Source of the DNA: Desulfatiglandales bacterium
GTDB lineage: Bacteria > Desulfobacterota > DSM-4660 > Desulfatiglandales > Desulfatiglandaceae
Direction of reading: 5' to 3'
DNA: 64,000 nucleotides
NCBI GenBank assembly: GCA_963666345.1
Contig: OY762721.1
Span: 2,848,001-2,912,000, forward strand
Position numbers and translations under genes: made by a program. Below the pieces are notes generated by a model. That model was not told the DNA's origin, did no database searches, and saw nothing but the letters and a program-made list of their open reading frames with translations. Positions 1-9,974 of the stretch are shown in pieces (within the stretch, counting starts at the first letter, position 1; each line of letters starts with the position of its first letter).

Positions 1-143
1 AGAAACTGGTTCAGTGTCATAGAGAAATATACGAAGCCATGGATGCAAGAGACGCTGATGCGGCAGCAAACAGCATGCGCGATCACTTCAGGTATACAAA
101 CAGACTTATAGCAAAGAGCGTAAATAGTAAAACCGATGATTAA
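1..143 (+). CDS. 3' end of a GntR/FadR-family regulator (FCD domain), truncated by window edge
   Basis: Frame 3 reads KLVQCHREIYEAMDARDADAAANSMRDHF...*, matching the FCD H..I..A...RD...A...M..H pattern. Confidence 0.65.
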   Translation, partial: KLVQCHREIYEAMDARDADAAANSMRDHFRYTNRLIAKSVNSKTDD

Positions 144-201
144 CAAAATAAAGTATCAAAAGCGTTATTTGAACAATATCTAACAGGAAGGGGGAGTGTT
201 T

Positions 202-957
202 ATGAAGGCAGATAAAGACAAATGTATTGCGTGCAAGCGGTGCTTCGCATATTGCCCGATGGGCAGGATACAGTCCGTTCACAGGCATGATGCAATTCCG
301 GGCAGATGCTATATCGAAATTGACCAGGATGCATGCACTGATTGCGGGATGTGCCTCAGGGCGGGCGTATGCCCGGTAAATGCCCTTTACCAGCCAACGG
401 AGACATGGCCGAGGGAGGTAAGGGGAATCCTTAGCAATCCGATGGTTGAATTTCTGGGGTCCCAGACGCCTGGTCGAGGTACTGAGGAGATGAAGACCAA
501 CGATGTGAAGGGGACCTTCCTGCCCGGCGAGGCAGGTGTAGGGGTAGAACTGGGCAGGCCGGGTATCGGCGCATATTTCAGGGATGTGGAAAAGGTTGCA
601 ATGGCACTGGCTCCACTAGGATACTACTTCGCAGCTGAAAACCCTGTTACCCATTTTATGGAAGACAAGAATACGGGAAAATTGAGGGAGGATGTTCTCG
701 GCGAGAAGGCAACATCGGCTATTATTGAAGGTAAATGCAAGCTTGAGGTGCTCCCCGAAGTATTGATGACCTTGAAAAAGGTGGCCAAAGAGGTGGATAC
801 CGTTTTTACCGTTGAGGTAATAACAAAGGTAACTCCGGAAGGGGATGTGCCGATCAAATCGGTGCTCGAAGATATGGGCATCTGGTATTCTCTGAACAGC
901 AAGAACAACTGCGGTTTAGGGGAACCTTATTTTAATTTCTACCCCGAAGCTAATTAG
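202..957 (+). CDS. 4Fe-4S dicluster protein with uncharacterised C-terminal domain
   Basis: CIACKRCFAYCP and CTDCGMCLRAGVCP motifs; GRGTEEMKTNDV segment; GGAAGGGGGAG RBS before ATG 202. Confidence 0.8.
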   Translation: MKADKDKCIACKRCFAYCPMGRIQSVHRHDAIPGRCYIEIDQDACTDCGMCLRAGVCPVNALYQPTETWPREVRGILSNPMVEFLGSQTPGRGTEEMKTNDVKGTFLPGEAGVGVELGRPGIGAYFRDVEKVAMALAPLGYYFAAENPVTHFMEDKNTGKLREDVLGEKATSAIIEGKCKLEVLPEVLMTLKKVAKEVDTVFTVEVITKVTPEGDVPIKSVLEDMGIWYSLNSKNNCGLGEPYFNFYPEAN

Positions 958-969
958 AGGAGGGAAATC

Positions 970-1617
970 ATGACCCATAGTCTGCATAGAAGGGGTAACT
1001 ATGAAAATCTCAAAGAAGACTTTGTAGTTCTAGGTTGCCCTGCAACAGGTGTTAATAAGGTAGGTTCGGCACCAAAGACAAGGAAATTTCTGCAAATATG
1101 TTATAAGCACGGTCCCGTAAATCTGGGTGATATGAAAACCGGAAATATCTATACCACTAACATGGAGACCATAATAAACAAGTGTACCGACGGGACAATT
1201 GTAGAGTGTACCTTCGATAATAAAGACAAGGTTGTCGAACTTCTGAAAGAACTCAAGAACGACAAGGCGGGTATTTCCGTCATTATTTCCGGAGTAACCG
1301 ATGTGGTTCAGGAGATTATGAATGAGGCGGGGCTGGGATATATCCATTCCCTTGAATATTCCCTTGGGACCTGGGGCCAGACCGAGCGACTTCCTGACTT
1401 TGAGGTCCTTGAACTGACTACAATGTGCGGGCATGCAATGATTGCTACGGATCTTGTAGGAAAACTGGCCCGGGATATCAAGCGAGGCCGCCGCACTTTG
1501 CACGATGCAGCAGTTGAAATCGCAAAATGCTGTACCTGCGGAAACCTGAATCTCACAAGAGCTATGAGTCTATTTAAAAAGTTGCTCCCCCTCTATACCA
1601 TTCATTCTCTATATTAA
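970..1617 (+). CDS. Conserved hypothetical Cys/His-containing protein
   Basis: MTHSLHRRG N-terminus, TMCGHAM and CCTCG motifs; RBS GAGGAGGG; 12 bp after previous gene. Confidence 0.7.
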   Translation: MTHSLHRRGNYENLKEDFVVLGCPATGVNKVGSAPKTRKFLQICYKHGPVNLGDMKTGNIYTTNMETIINKCTDGTIVECTFDNKDKVVELLKELKNDKAGISVIISGVTDVVQEIMNEAGLGYIHSLEYSLGTWGQTERLPDFEVLELTTMCGHAMIATDLVGKLARDIKRGRRTLHDAAVEIAKCCTCGNLNLTRAMSLFKKLLPLYTIHSLY

Positions 1618-1700
1618 AAAGAGAAATAAGTATGGCGGGTTTCTAAAGAGTAACTGCAAAACAGTGCCGGTGACATTGGATTTAAGGAAGGAGATAAAAA

Positions 1701-3011
1701 ATGAAATACATCATTATCGGAGGGAGCGCTGCTGCAATCAGTGCAATCGAGGCGATTCGATCAATCGACGCCACCTCGAAGATTGATCTTTTCAGTGACG
1801 AATCCACCCCTCTCTTCTCCAGAGTTCTTCTACCCTATTATGTGGCGGAAGAGCTTTCAAAACAACTGCTGAATTTCAGGCCGTTGACTTTTTTTGAAGA
1901 CAATAACGTGAATGCCCATATGGGCACCAGGATAGTAGATGTTTCTGCTGATTCAAAAACGGTAAAGACCGCAGAGGGCGTCAGCTACGAGTTCGACCGC
2001 CTGCTCATGGCTACAGGTGGCAATGCCATTGTTCCGCCTATCCCCGGAATCGAGATGGAAGGGGTTTCAACTCTGAAAACGATGGAAGATGCCGAGCGTG
2101 TCTACTCGATGAAGGGGAAAAAGGCCGTGGTCATAGGAGCGGGAAGTATAGGTGTCGAGTCATGCATAAGCCTTAAGCGAAGAGGCATGGAGGTGACTCT
2201 TATTGAGCAACTGGGCAGGGTCCTTCCGACGGTATTCGATGATGAGGCCTCCGGTATCATCCAGCGGCGAATGGAAGGCCTGGGTATCAGGGTTTTAACC
2301 GGTGAAAGAGCCAATAAATTTATCGGCAACGGCCATGTCGCCGGTGTTGTCGCCGATTCCGGGGAAATTCCCTGCGACATGGTGGTGCTGGCAATAGGTG
2401 TTAAGCCCTCTGTTGAGCTTGCAACAAAAGCCGGAGCCGAGGTGGGTGAACTCGGCGGGATCAAGGTGGATGACAGGATGATGACCACGACTCACAATAT
2501 CTATGCCGCAGGTGATGTTGCAGAGACCAGGGACATAGCGAGCGGGTCTATGGCGGTAAATGCGATCTGGCCCTGCGCGATGGAGCAGGGAAAGGTGGCC
2601 GGCCTTAACATGGCAGGGGAATCAACAGTCTATCCGGGTTCTCTCAGGACGAATTCGATAGGAAATTTCATAGGGCAACCCGCCATATCCATCGGCATGG
2701 TTAATGCCCCCGTTGAAGTGGCCGGGGCCGAGGCTGGCGAAAGCTATCAGGAAATCAAGAGAAGATCGAAGGATACCTATAGAAAACTTGTCCTGAAAGG
2801 AGACAGAATCGTAGGGGCCATTCTTGTCGGAGATACTCAGAAAGCGGGTATCATGACCCTTCTGATAAAGAAGAAAATACCCCTGGGCGAATTTGTTCCT
2901 GTCATTATGGGCAGCAGACTCAATTTTATGGATATCCTGCCTCTGATGAGGAGGTATGGCGAAAAGTTCAGTGAACTTGAATTCAAGGAACTCATGGACA
3001 CCGGCATTTGA
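1701..3011 (+). CDS. FAD-dependent pyridine nucleotide-disulfide oxidoreductase (NirB/FNOR-like)
   Basis: IIGGSAAA FAD motif, ATGG, VIGAGSIG NAD motif, IYAAGD. Confidence 0.9.
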   Translation: MKYIIIGGSAAAISAIEAIRSIDATSKIDLFSDESTPLFSRVLLPYYVAEELSKQLLNFRPLTFFEDNNVNAHMGTRIVDVSADSKTVKTAEGVSYEFDRLLMATGGNAIVPPIPGIEMEGVSTLKTMEDAERVYSMKGKKAVVIGAGSIGVESCISLKRRGMEVTLIEQLGRVLPTVFDDEASGIIQRRMEGLGIRVLTGERANKFIGNGHVAGVVADSGEIPCDMVVLAIGVKPSVELATKAGAEVGELGGIKVDDRMMTTTHNIYAAGDVAETRDIASGSMAVNAIWPCAMEQGKVAGLNMAGESTVYPGSLRTNSIGNFIGQPAISIGMVNAPVEVAGAEAGESYQEIKRRSKDTYRKLVLKGDRIVGAILVGDTQKAGIMTLLIKKKIPLGEFVPVIMGSRLNFMDILPLMRRYGEKFSELEFKELMDTGI

Positions 3012-3058
3012 TAAACGGTAGCCGATAAGTTTAAAGAAAAGAATATGAGGAGACTAAA

Positions 3059-3499
3059 ATGCAGATAATAATGGTAGATCCTGAAAAATGCACGGGATGC
3101 CATCAGTGCGAGCTGTGGTGCGCCAATGAGATTGCTTCCGAGTCCAAGGATATGCCTCTTTCTTTCACAGACGACCCTCAACCTGTACCAAGGGTCTTTG
3201 TAGAGGGAAAGGCATTTGCACTGCAGTGCAGGCACTGTCCCGATGCACCCTGTATCGAGGCCTGCCCGAACGGGACAATGAGGAGGAATCCCGAGACGGG
3301 AATGGTCTTTGTTAATGAACCGACCTGCATAGCCTGCTGGATGTGTGTGATGGTTTGTCCCTTTGGGGTGATAAATCCGTCATCAACCATGAAGGTCGCT
3401 GTAAAGTGTGACCGCTGTCAGCACATGGGTTTTCCCATCTGTGTCGAGGCCTGTCCCACTGACGCTCTTTATCTTACCGAACGTAAGGAAAGCGCTTAG
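3059..3499 (+). CDS. cooF: CooF-like 4x[4Fe-4S] electron transfer protein
   Basis: CTGCHQC, CRHCPDAPC, CIACWMCVMVCP, KCDRC...CVEACP motifs; directly upstream of cooS homolog. Confidence 0.8.
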   Translation: MQIIMVDPEKCTGCHQCELWCANEIASESKDMPLSFTDDPQPVPRVFVEGKAFALQCRHCPDAPCIEACPNGTMRRNPETGMVFVNEPTCIACWMCVMVCPFGVINPSSTMKVAVKCDRCQHMGFPICVEACPTDALYLTERKESA

Positions 3500-3552
3500 T
3501 TTAAACACAAAATTTATACCGGTTATGTATAGATGGGAGAAAGGAGAATAAA

Positions 3553-5268
3553 ATGGAGTTTATCCAAAAAAGATCACAAGACAGTGCCGTTGATCCGTTT
3601 CTTTTAAAGGCGGCAGATGAGGGTGTAGCCCTTGTGTGGGATCGCTATGAGGGACAGCTTCCTGAATGCGGTTTCTGTGAGGCGGGAATGAGCTGCAGGG
3701 ACTGTTTGCAGGGACCTTGCATCAGTCATCCCTTTAAGGGCGAAATAAACAAATCAGGAATTTGCGGAAAAGATAACGATACCCTTGCGGCCCACAGCCT
3801 TCTGAGGCTGGCGTTGAAGGGAACCATGGGTTATCTGGATCAGTTAAATGATCTATTGGAAGATCTTGAAAAAGGAAACATTGAGCCTGCCGACAAGGCT
3901 CAGACTGAAAAACTTGTCTCCCGGGCGAGGGACCTTTACAGGGTCGCGGGAAGTGAGGTGATCGATGCATTTCCGGAAACGATGTCCGAAAATTGGAGGA
4001 CTTCCGGAGTAGTTCCCCAGGGAGTTGCCAGGGATGTTATTAAGGCCTCTCAGAAACTTGAGGGTGGGATTGCCGATCTTAACGAGCTTGTGCTCTGGTC
4101 CTTTAAATGCTCCCTTCTGGGTGCGGTAGCCCAAAGGGCCGCAATAGCCCTTAAAAAGGCCGTTTTTGGAGATGTGACTCCTACCGAATTGTGCTTAAAC
4201 CTGGGTTGTCTGGCGGAAGAAAAACCGACGGTCCTTTTCTTCGGGAATGTTCCGACCGCATTGATCAGCAAGGTCTGTTCCCAGGCCGAGTCTGAAAATA
4301 TCGAAGTCGGGGGAGTTTGCACGGATACGCTTATATCCTCATACAAGATCTCACCGGTAACCAATTACGGGTCCCAGGAAGTTGCACTTATGACTGGTGC
4401 CGTGGATGTGATTGTTGTGGGGGATCAGTTTGTAAATCCCTCTCTTTCGGAGTTTGCTGAAAGATGGGAGGTAAAGATAATCAAGGCTCAGTCCATCAAG
4501 GGGCTCGGTAGTTATGATGTCGAGGCAAGCTCGATCATCGAGACGGCAAAAAGGGCCTTCGATACCCGCTCCAATGTTAAAAAGACTATCCCGGCGGCAA
4601 AAGACAGTGCCCTTATGGGTTATACCTCCGGACAGATCGATGCCGGAAAGATAATCAAGGCCCTTGATGAAGGTAAGATCAAGGGGGTGGCGCTTCTTTG
4701 CGGAAGCAATAATGTGAAATATTCTCAGGATAATGAGACGGTCGTCATGGCCGAGCATTTCCTGGAAAACGATATCCTCTGTTTTGCCGACGGTGAGGCG
4801 AGCATCACCCTGGCAAAAAAGGGATTTCTTAAGGCAGGGGAAAAGGGCGTATGCGGTGAAGGGCTTTCAAACGTTCTCGCAAGCCTGGGTGATGAAATCC
4901 CTGCGGTTATTGATATTACCTGCTACGGGGTAACCGATCTTCTGATTGATCTGGCAGGAGCCGCAGGAAAAGCGCTTTCCGAGTATCCTGTTTTCGCATG
5001 TTACCCGGAGGCCAACAGGACCATGGAGGTAACCAAGGCCCTGTGGACCGTGGCCATGGGAGTCCCAGTCTATTTCTGGCCGGCTCTGCCTGTAACCGGC
5101 AGTGCCAAGATGGTAAAGGCACTGAGCGAATTCTGCACGGAAACCTTCGGGGCAGGATTCAATATCATTGCAAGAAAGCGCCTTACCGCACTTGTGAAGG
5201 CCGGGAATATCGTGCAGGAAATGACAGGTGGCGAGAAAAAGAAGATGAGCGGCTACGAGTGGAGATAA
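3553..5268 (+). CDS. Divergent CooS/Ni-CODH (HCP superfamily) homolog with degenerate C-cluster
   Basis: WDRYEGQLPECGFC..GMSCRDCLQGPC..GICG (D/B clusters), NYGSQEVALMTGAVD, IKGVALLCGSNN, PVTGS motifs. Confidence 0.85.
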   Translation: MEFIQKRSQDSAVDPFLLKAADEGVALVWDRYEGQLPECGFCEAGMSCRDCLQGPCISHPFKGEINKSGICGKDNDTLAAHSLLRLALKGTMGYLDQLNDLLEDLEKGNIEPADKAQTEKLVSRARDLYRVAGSEVIDAFPETMSENWRTSGVVPQGVARDVIKASQKLEGGIADLNELVLWSFKCSLLGAVAQRAAIALKKAVFGDVTPTELCLNLGCLAEEKPTVLFFGNVPTALISKVCSQAESENIEVGGVCTDTLISSYKISPVTNYGSQEVALMTGAVDVIVVGDQFVNPSLSEFAERWEVKIIKAQSIKGLGSYDVEASSIIETAKRAFDTRSNVKKTIPAAKDSALMGYTSGQIDAGKIIKALDEGKIKGVALLCGSNNVKYSQDNETVVMAEHFLENDILCFADGEASITLAKKGFLKAGEKGVCGEGLSNVLASLGDEIPAVIDITCYGVTDLLIDLAGAAGKALSEYPVFACYPEANRTMEVTKALWTVAMGVPVYFWPALPVTGSAKMVKALSEFCTETFGAGFNIIARKRLTALVKAGNIVQEMTGGEKKKMSGYEWR

Positions 5269-5301
5269 TTCTCAGGCACAAATAGGATTTAATCCGTCAT
5301 A

Positions 5302-5324
5302 CCCCCACCTGTAACAGGTGGGGG
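5302..5324 (+). terminator. GC-rich hairpin after the cooS-like gene
   Basis: CCCCCACCTG-TAA-CAGGTGGGGG; no adjacent U-tract, so may be a processing/stability hairpin. Confidence 0.4.
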
Positions 5325-5435
5325 CTGTGACTCATTTTTAAAGGGGGTGATATCGAAATAAAGAGAAACCGGCTGAATTGAATCACTAAATTGTTCGGTC
5401 CTTTGCTAAAATTTTTCTACCAAGGAGGGTGACTT

Positions 5436-6476
5436 ATGGGAAAAAAAAGTGTATCGATCACAGCATTGTTTGTAGCACTGCTGTTTGCTTTCGGTCTGAT
5501 GAGCGCCGTGACGGCTGCTGCGGCTGATATCAAAAAACCTAATGACTTCCCCACAAGAAAAATTGAATGGAACCTCTGGTATGGACCGGGAGGCGGGACG
5601 GATATCTTTTCAAGGACTATCGGAATACCGGCCAGACGGTATCTCAAACCCGCACCCCTCGTAATAGTAAATATTCCCGGTGCATCCGGTGCAAACGGAA
5701 TGATCTACACTATGGAACAGCCGGCCGACGGATATTCGATAACCTCAATAGGAAACGATCTGCCCATAAACGATGTGCAGAAACGTGCCAAATTCGAAGG
5801 GAAGGCCCTTACTATTGACGATTTTGAGCCGATTATCCGTTGCCAGTACGATACTGCGACCATCCAGGTAAACAGCAAAAAGAGCAAGACCAAAGGCTCG
5901 GCATTCAAGGATGTAAAGGAATTTGTCGACTACGCAAAGAAAAATCCAAACAAGGTAATTATAGGAATCACCGGTTCTGCGGGATATGACGAGGTAGTCC
6001 TTTCCATGTGGCTCAATGCGGCAGGTATTACTGCCAAGGTCGTGCCTTATGATTCTGCGGGAAAGTGCCATGCAGCGTTGCTGGGCGGGCATGTCGATGC
6101 CATGTTTGAAGAGTTCGGCCCTACCGTTTCCCTCCTTGAGGGGGGACAGCTAAAGGCAATCCTTGTCTTCAAAGAAGAAAGGGTCAAGGATAAACGATTT
6201 GCCGACGTGCCCTGTTCCGTGGAACTCGGTTGGGATGTCACCATCGGCAGGTGGCGCGGTGTAGGCTGCAAAAAGGGGACCCCGCCAGAAAGAATCGAGT
6301 TCCTCCACCAGGTTTTCAAAAAGGCCATGGACCATTCAATATACAAAAACCTGGAAAAGGCTAATCTCCTTGATATCCGAGTAGGCTACATGGGACCGGC
6401 AGAACTTAAAGAGGCAATCAAGAAGGAGAAGGTGGTTTTTGAAAAGGTCCTCAAACAACTGGGTTATGTGAAATAA
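5436..6476 (+). CDS. tctC: Tripartite tricarboxylate transporter substrate-binding protein
   Basis: Signal peptide; GPGGGTD..R, NIPGASG, PADGY, LLGGHVD motifs. Confidence 0.92.
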   Translation: MGKKSVSITALFVALLFAFGLMSAVTAAAADIKKPNDFPTRKIEWNLWYGPGGGTDIFSRTIGIPARRYLKPAPLVIVNIPGASGANGMIYTMEQPADGYSITSIGNDLPINDVQKRAKFEGKALTIDDFEPIIRCQYDTATIQVNSKKSKTKGSAFKDVKEFVDYAKKNPNKVIIGITGSAGYDEVVLSMWLNAAGITAKVVPYDSAGKCHAALLGGHVDAMFEEFGPTVSLLEGGQLKAILVFKEERVKDKRFADVPCSVELGWDVTIGRWRGVGCKKGTPPERIEFLHQVFKKAMDHSIYKNLEKANLLDIRVGYMGPAELKEAIKKEKVVFEKVLKQLGYVK

Positions 6477-6510
6477 TCCGGCATAGTCCTGTTTGTTAAA
6501 TCCAATCAGA

Positions 6511-6535
6511 TCCTGAGGGCCAGGCGCCCTCAGGA
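6511..6535 (+). promoter_or_regulatory. Intercistronic hairpin after tctC (probable mRNA stabiliser)
   Basis: TCCTGAGGGC-CAGGC-GCCCTCAGGA, 10-bp stem. Confidence 0.45.
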
Positions 6536-6553
6536 CCCTAAAAGGGAACAGTT

Positions 6554-7072
6554 ATGTTTGGAAATCTATTGATGAGTCTTTCCGTGCTGGCAGGGTCTAT
6601 TTTCATGTATTACAAGGCCACCCAGCTCAGACAAATGCAGACGCAGGGCTATGAGTCGGTAGGGCCCGATTCCTGGCCGAAACTTATCTTGATATGCCTT
6701 ATCGCCCTGGGTGGTTATCTGAGTATCAAATATGCAGTGAAATTAGCGAAAAGCAGGGGTTCTTCAGAAAACGAAATCCCCAATCCTCCGGAACAGGGTG
6801 AAGGGAAGGAGGGTTGGATAAGGATAGGTATTACGACCCTTTTCATCGTGCTCTATATCTACCTCCTTAAGCCCCTGGGATTTATTGTTGCAAGCCCGCT
6901 TTTTATCATCGCAATGATGCTCTATATCAATCCCAATAAAAAGAGGATCATACCTGCAAGTGTCTTGGGTATCATGGTAATTATCTATCTGCTTTTCGGA
7001 AAACTTCTTTATATCCCCCTTCCCAAGGGAAGCGGTGTTTTTAGGCAGGTAAGCATTCTGCTTGGACTTTAG
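6554..7072 (+). CDS. tctB: TTT small membrane subunit
   Basis: GPDSWP motif, hydrophobic helices, LGFIVAS, LYIPLPKG. Confidence 0.88.
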   Translation: MFGNLLMSLSVLAGSIFMYYKATQLRQMQTQGYESVGPDSWPKLILICLIALGGYLSIKYAVKLAKSRGSSENEIPNPPEQGEGKEGWIRIGITTLFIVLYIYLLKPLGFIVASPLFIIAMMLYINPNKKRIIPASVLGIMVIIYLLFGKLLYIPLPKGSGVFRQVSILLGL

Positions 7073-7217
7073 TTTGTTGAAAAATCTGCTTTCTTCGACT
7101 GTTGAAACGTCTGGAAATATTAGTATGAAAATATACCCGTCAAGAATCTTAAGAGATTCCATCATTATGGGGAGATAGAGACGGAAAGGTGTTAACTTCC
7201 GTATGTAAGGAGATACG

Positions 7218-8714
7218 ATGTTAGACTACTGGGTAAGTGGTTTGTTTACAGCTATACAGCCGGGCAATCTTCTAGTCCTTGCCATTGGGACCTCTCTTGG
7301 GATACTATCAGGTGGTATCCCTGGGATAAGCGGGACAATGGCCATTGCTCTTGCCGTGCCGGTTACTTATACGATGGGTCCGGACAAGGCCTTGTTTCTT
7401 CTTGTATCACTTTATGCATCCTCTGTATATGCAGGATCCATAAGTGGAATCCTGTTCAGGACACCAGGCGCGCCGGAAGGAGCCGCTGCGACCCTGGACG
7501 GTCATATGATGACCAAAAAAGGTCTGGCCGGTGAGGCCTTGGGATGGGATATTGCAAGTTCGGTAACAGGGGGTATCTTCGGCACTATTGTGCTGGCCCT
7601 CGTTGCACCGCAGCTTGCCAAGGTTGCCCTTCAATTCGGTCCTCCCGAATATTTTGCCCTGGCATTCCTGGGTTTGAGCGTTGTCAGCAGCCTCGGTACA
7701 AAAAATACTGCCAAGGCCCTTGTCTCCGTTCTTATCGGTCTTATGGTTGCAACCGTTGGGATTGACAAAATTTCAGGCTTCAACCGATTTACCTTCGGTA
7801 CCAACACCCTTCTCGGGGGGATAAATTTTATTCCTACCATAATTGGACTTTTTGCTGTTGCCGAAGTTTTAAACAGGCTCAAGGAACAGCGGCAGATGGA
7901 GGGCATTCGGGCAAAGGCAAGGGCAAAACTTCCCAAATTAAAGGCCATGTGGAAACGGAAATGGCTGTATGCCAGATCGGCATGTATCGGCGCCTTTATC
8001 GGGATCCTTCCCGGTGTGGGTGCGACAACTGCTTCCTTTGTGGGTTTAAGTGAGGCGGTGCGATGGTCCAAGGAGCCGGAGAAATACGGCACAGGCATTC
8101 CTGAAGGGATAGCAGCGCCCGAAACGGCCAACAATGCCGCCTGCAGTGGCGCCATGGTGCCGCTTCTTACTATGGGCATCCCCGGAAGTGCCGCGACGGC
8201 ACTGATGCTGGGGGCTCTTTTAATCCACGGTCTGAAACCGGGGCCGCTACTTTTTCTTCAGCAGCCAAAACTGGTTTATTCTATATTCGTTGCCATGTTC
8301 CTAGCTAATGTACTTATCATATTCTTTGCCAAGGGTTTTATAAGGTATTTTTCAAAGATAATAGAGCTTCCCTACAACATACTGGGGCCGGGAATCATCA
8401 TCTTCTGCATAGGCGGCGTGTTTGCCATAAGGAACAACTTCGGCGATATCTGGATTATGATGGCGTTTGCCGTAGCCGGGGTCTTCATGGAAAAATATGA
8501 CTATCCTCTCGCCCCCCTTATCCTGGGCGTAGTGCTCGGCCCCATTGCCGAGGAAAACCTTCGCCAGGCCATGATTATCTCGGGAGGTGATTATTCGGTC
8601 TTTTTCAGCACCCCCATATCTATCTCTCTCATGGTGGTTGGAATAATGTCGTTATTTTCCCAGCAGATCAGGTTTCTCTTTAAGATGTCGTTCAAGAGAG
8701 GGAAAAGTGCGTGA
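7218..8714 (+). CDS. tctA: TTT large permease
   Basis: GGIPG, TPGAP..AATLDG, APETANNA, GIPGS, PGP motifs. Confidence 0.93.
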   Translation: MLDYWVSGLFTAIQPGNLLVLAIGTSLGILSGGIPGISGTMAIALAVPVTYTMGPDKALFLLVSLYASSVYAGSISGILFRTPGAPEGAAATLDGHMMTKKGLAGEALGWDIASSVTGGIFGTIVLALVAPQLAKVALQFGPPEYFALAFLGLSVVSSLGTKNTAKALVSVLIGLMVATVGIDKISGFNRFTFGTNTLLGGINFIPTIIGLFAVAEVLNRLKEQRQMEGIRAKARAKLPKLKAMWKRKWLYARSACIGAFIGILPGVGATTASFVGLSEAVRWSKEPEKYGTGIPEGIAAPETANNAACSGAMVPLLTMGIPGSAATALMLGALLIHGLKPGPLLFLQQPKLVYSIFVAMFLANVLIIFFAKGFIRYFSKIIELPYNILGPGIIIFCIGGVFAIRNNFGDIWIMMAFAVAGVFMEKYDYPLAPLILGVVLGPIAEENLRQAMIISGGDYSVFFSTPISISLMVVGIMSLFSQQIRFLFKMSFKRGKSA

Positions 8715-8786
8715 ATACCTTTTAAATGGGCAAAAATATAGACGGGGATCAGCTCGTTAATGTGAAACGGAAATTAAGGGGATATT

Positions 8787-9941
8787 ATGAATCTGTCACA
8801 CAGGGAAAGGGTCCTTAAAGCGGTAAACCACCAAAAACCGGACAGGGTCCCAAGGGATCTGGGAGGGGCGTTTACATCGAGTATTGCAAGTGTGGCCTAT
8901 GAAAACCTAGCCGATTTTCTTGGCCTTGATCTTGAAACAAGACTGATGCGAAAATGGGCACGTGTAGTTCATCCGGATGAGAAGATCCTCCGGCATTTTG
9001 ATATTGACACAAGGATGGTCGTTCCCAGATATGATGAAGGTTGGAACGAATACTGGAAAATTGCGCCGGTTGAAAATGAAGATGCATACATCGATGAGTG
9101 GGGCATCAAATGGAGCAGGCCGGAATCAAAGATGGGCCCGTATTTTATGACCACTCATCCGTTGGCTGATATCGAAAGTGTTGATGAACTGGAGAATTTC
9201 ATCTGGCCTGATCCTGAAGACCCGGCCCGCTATGAAGGTCTTGAGGAACAGGCTAGACGGCTTAAAAACGAGACTGATTATGCCGTAATAGGGGTTTTTC
9301 CACGGCCCATAGTGTCTCTGAGTCAGTTTATGAGAGGGTATGAAAAATGGTTTCTTGATTTTATGATGAATCGGGAACTCCTAGAGGCAATCATGGATAT
9401 CATAGTGGAGACCAATCTCAGAATAGGGAAAAATATCCTCGACAGAATAGGGAAATACATAGATCTTGCTTTTTTCCATGACGATCTGGCTACCCAGCAA
9501 AGCCTTATGGTCTCACCGGAGCACTATCGGGAGATAATAAAACCTCGTCATAAGAAACTCTTCGACCTTGTAAAAACCCATAGTGATGCTAAGATTATAT
9601 ACCATACGGACGGTGCGGTATTTCCGATCCTTGAGGATTTTATCGAAATAGGGGTAGACGCCCTCAATCCGGTGCAGACATCGGCCCAGGGCATGGATGG
9701 GAAGGCCCTGAGCAGTAGTTTCGGGGACAGGCTTTGCTTCTGGGGGGCGATTGAAAGCCAAAAGGTGCTGCCAACAGGCACACCCGAGGAAGTGTTTGAG
9801 GAGGTAAAAAGACAGATTTCCGATCTGGGAAAAAATGGCAATTACGTTCTCGGTGCCTGCCACAATATCCAGGACGATGTGTCGCCCGAAAATGTTATCG
9901 CCATGTTTGAGGCTGCAGATAGATTCGGTATCTATGATTGA
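8787..9941 (+). CDS. Uroporphyrinogen decarboxylase / MtaA-CmuA superfamily protein
   Basis: RERVLKAVNHQKPDRVP, DEWG, DDLATQ, HTDG, LNPVQ, FWGAI, CHNIQ. Confidence 0.85.
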   Translation: MNLSHRERVLKAVNHQKPDRVPRDLGGAFTSSIASVAYENLADFLGLDLETRLMRKWARVVHPDEKILRHFDIDTRMVVPRYDEGWNEYWKIAPVENEDAYIDEWGIKWSRPESKMGPYFMTTHPLADIESVDELENFIWPDPEDPARYEGLEEQARRLKNETDYAVIGVFPRPIVSLSQFMRGYEKWFLDFMMNRELLEAIMDIIVETNLRIGKNILDRIGKYIDLAFFHDDLATQQSLMVSPEHYREIIKPRHKKLFDLVKTHSDAKIIYHTDGAVFPILEDFIEIGVDALNPVQTSAQGMDGKALSSSFGDRLCFWGAIESQKVLPTGTPEEVFEEVKRQISDLGKNGNYVLGACHNIQDDVSPENVIAMFEAADRFGIYD

Positions 9942-9974
9942 GCCTATTATAAATAAGGAGGATTACCTGTTTAA

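Noticed and set aside
3553..5268. Functional CO dehydrogenase
   Set aside because: Most C-cluster ligand positions appear substituted
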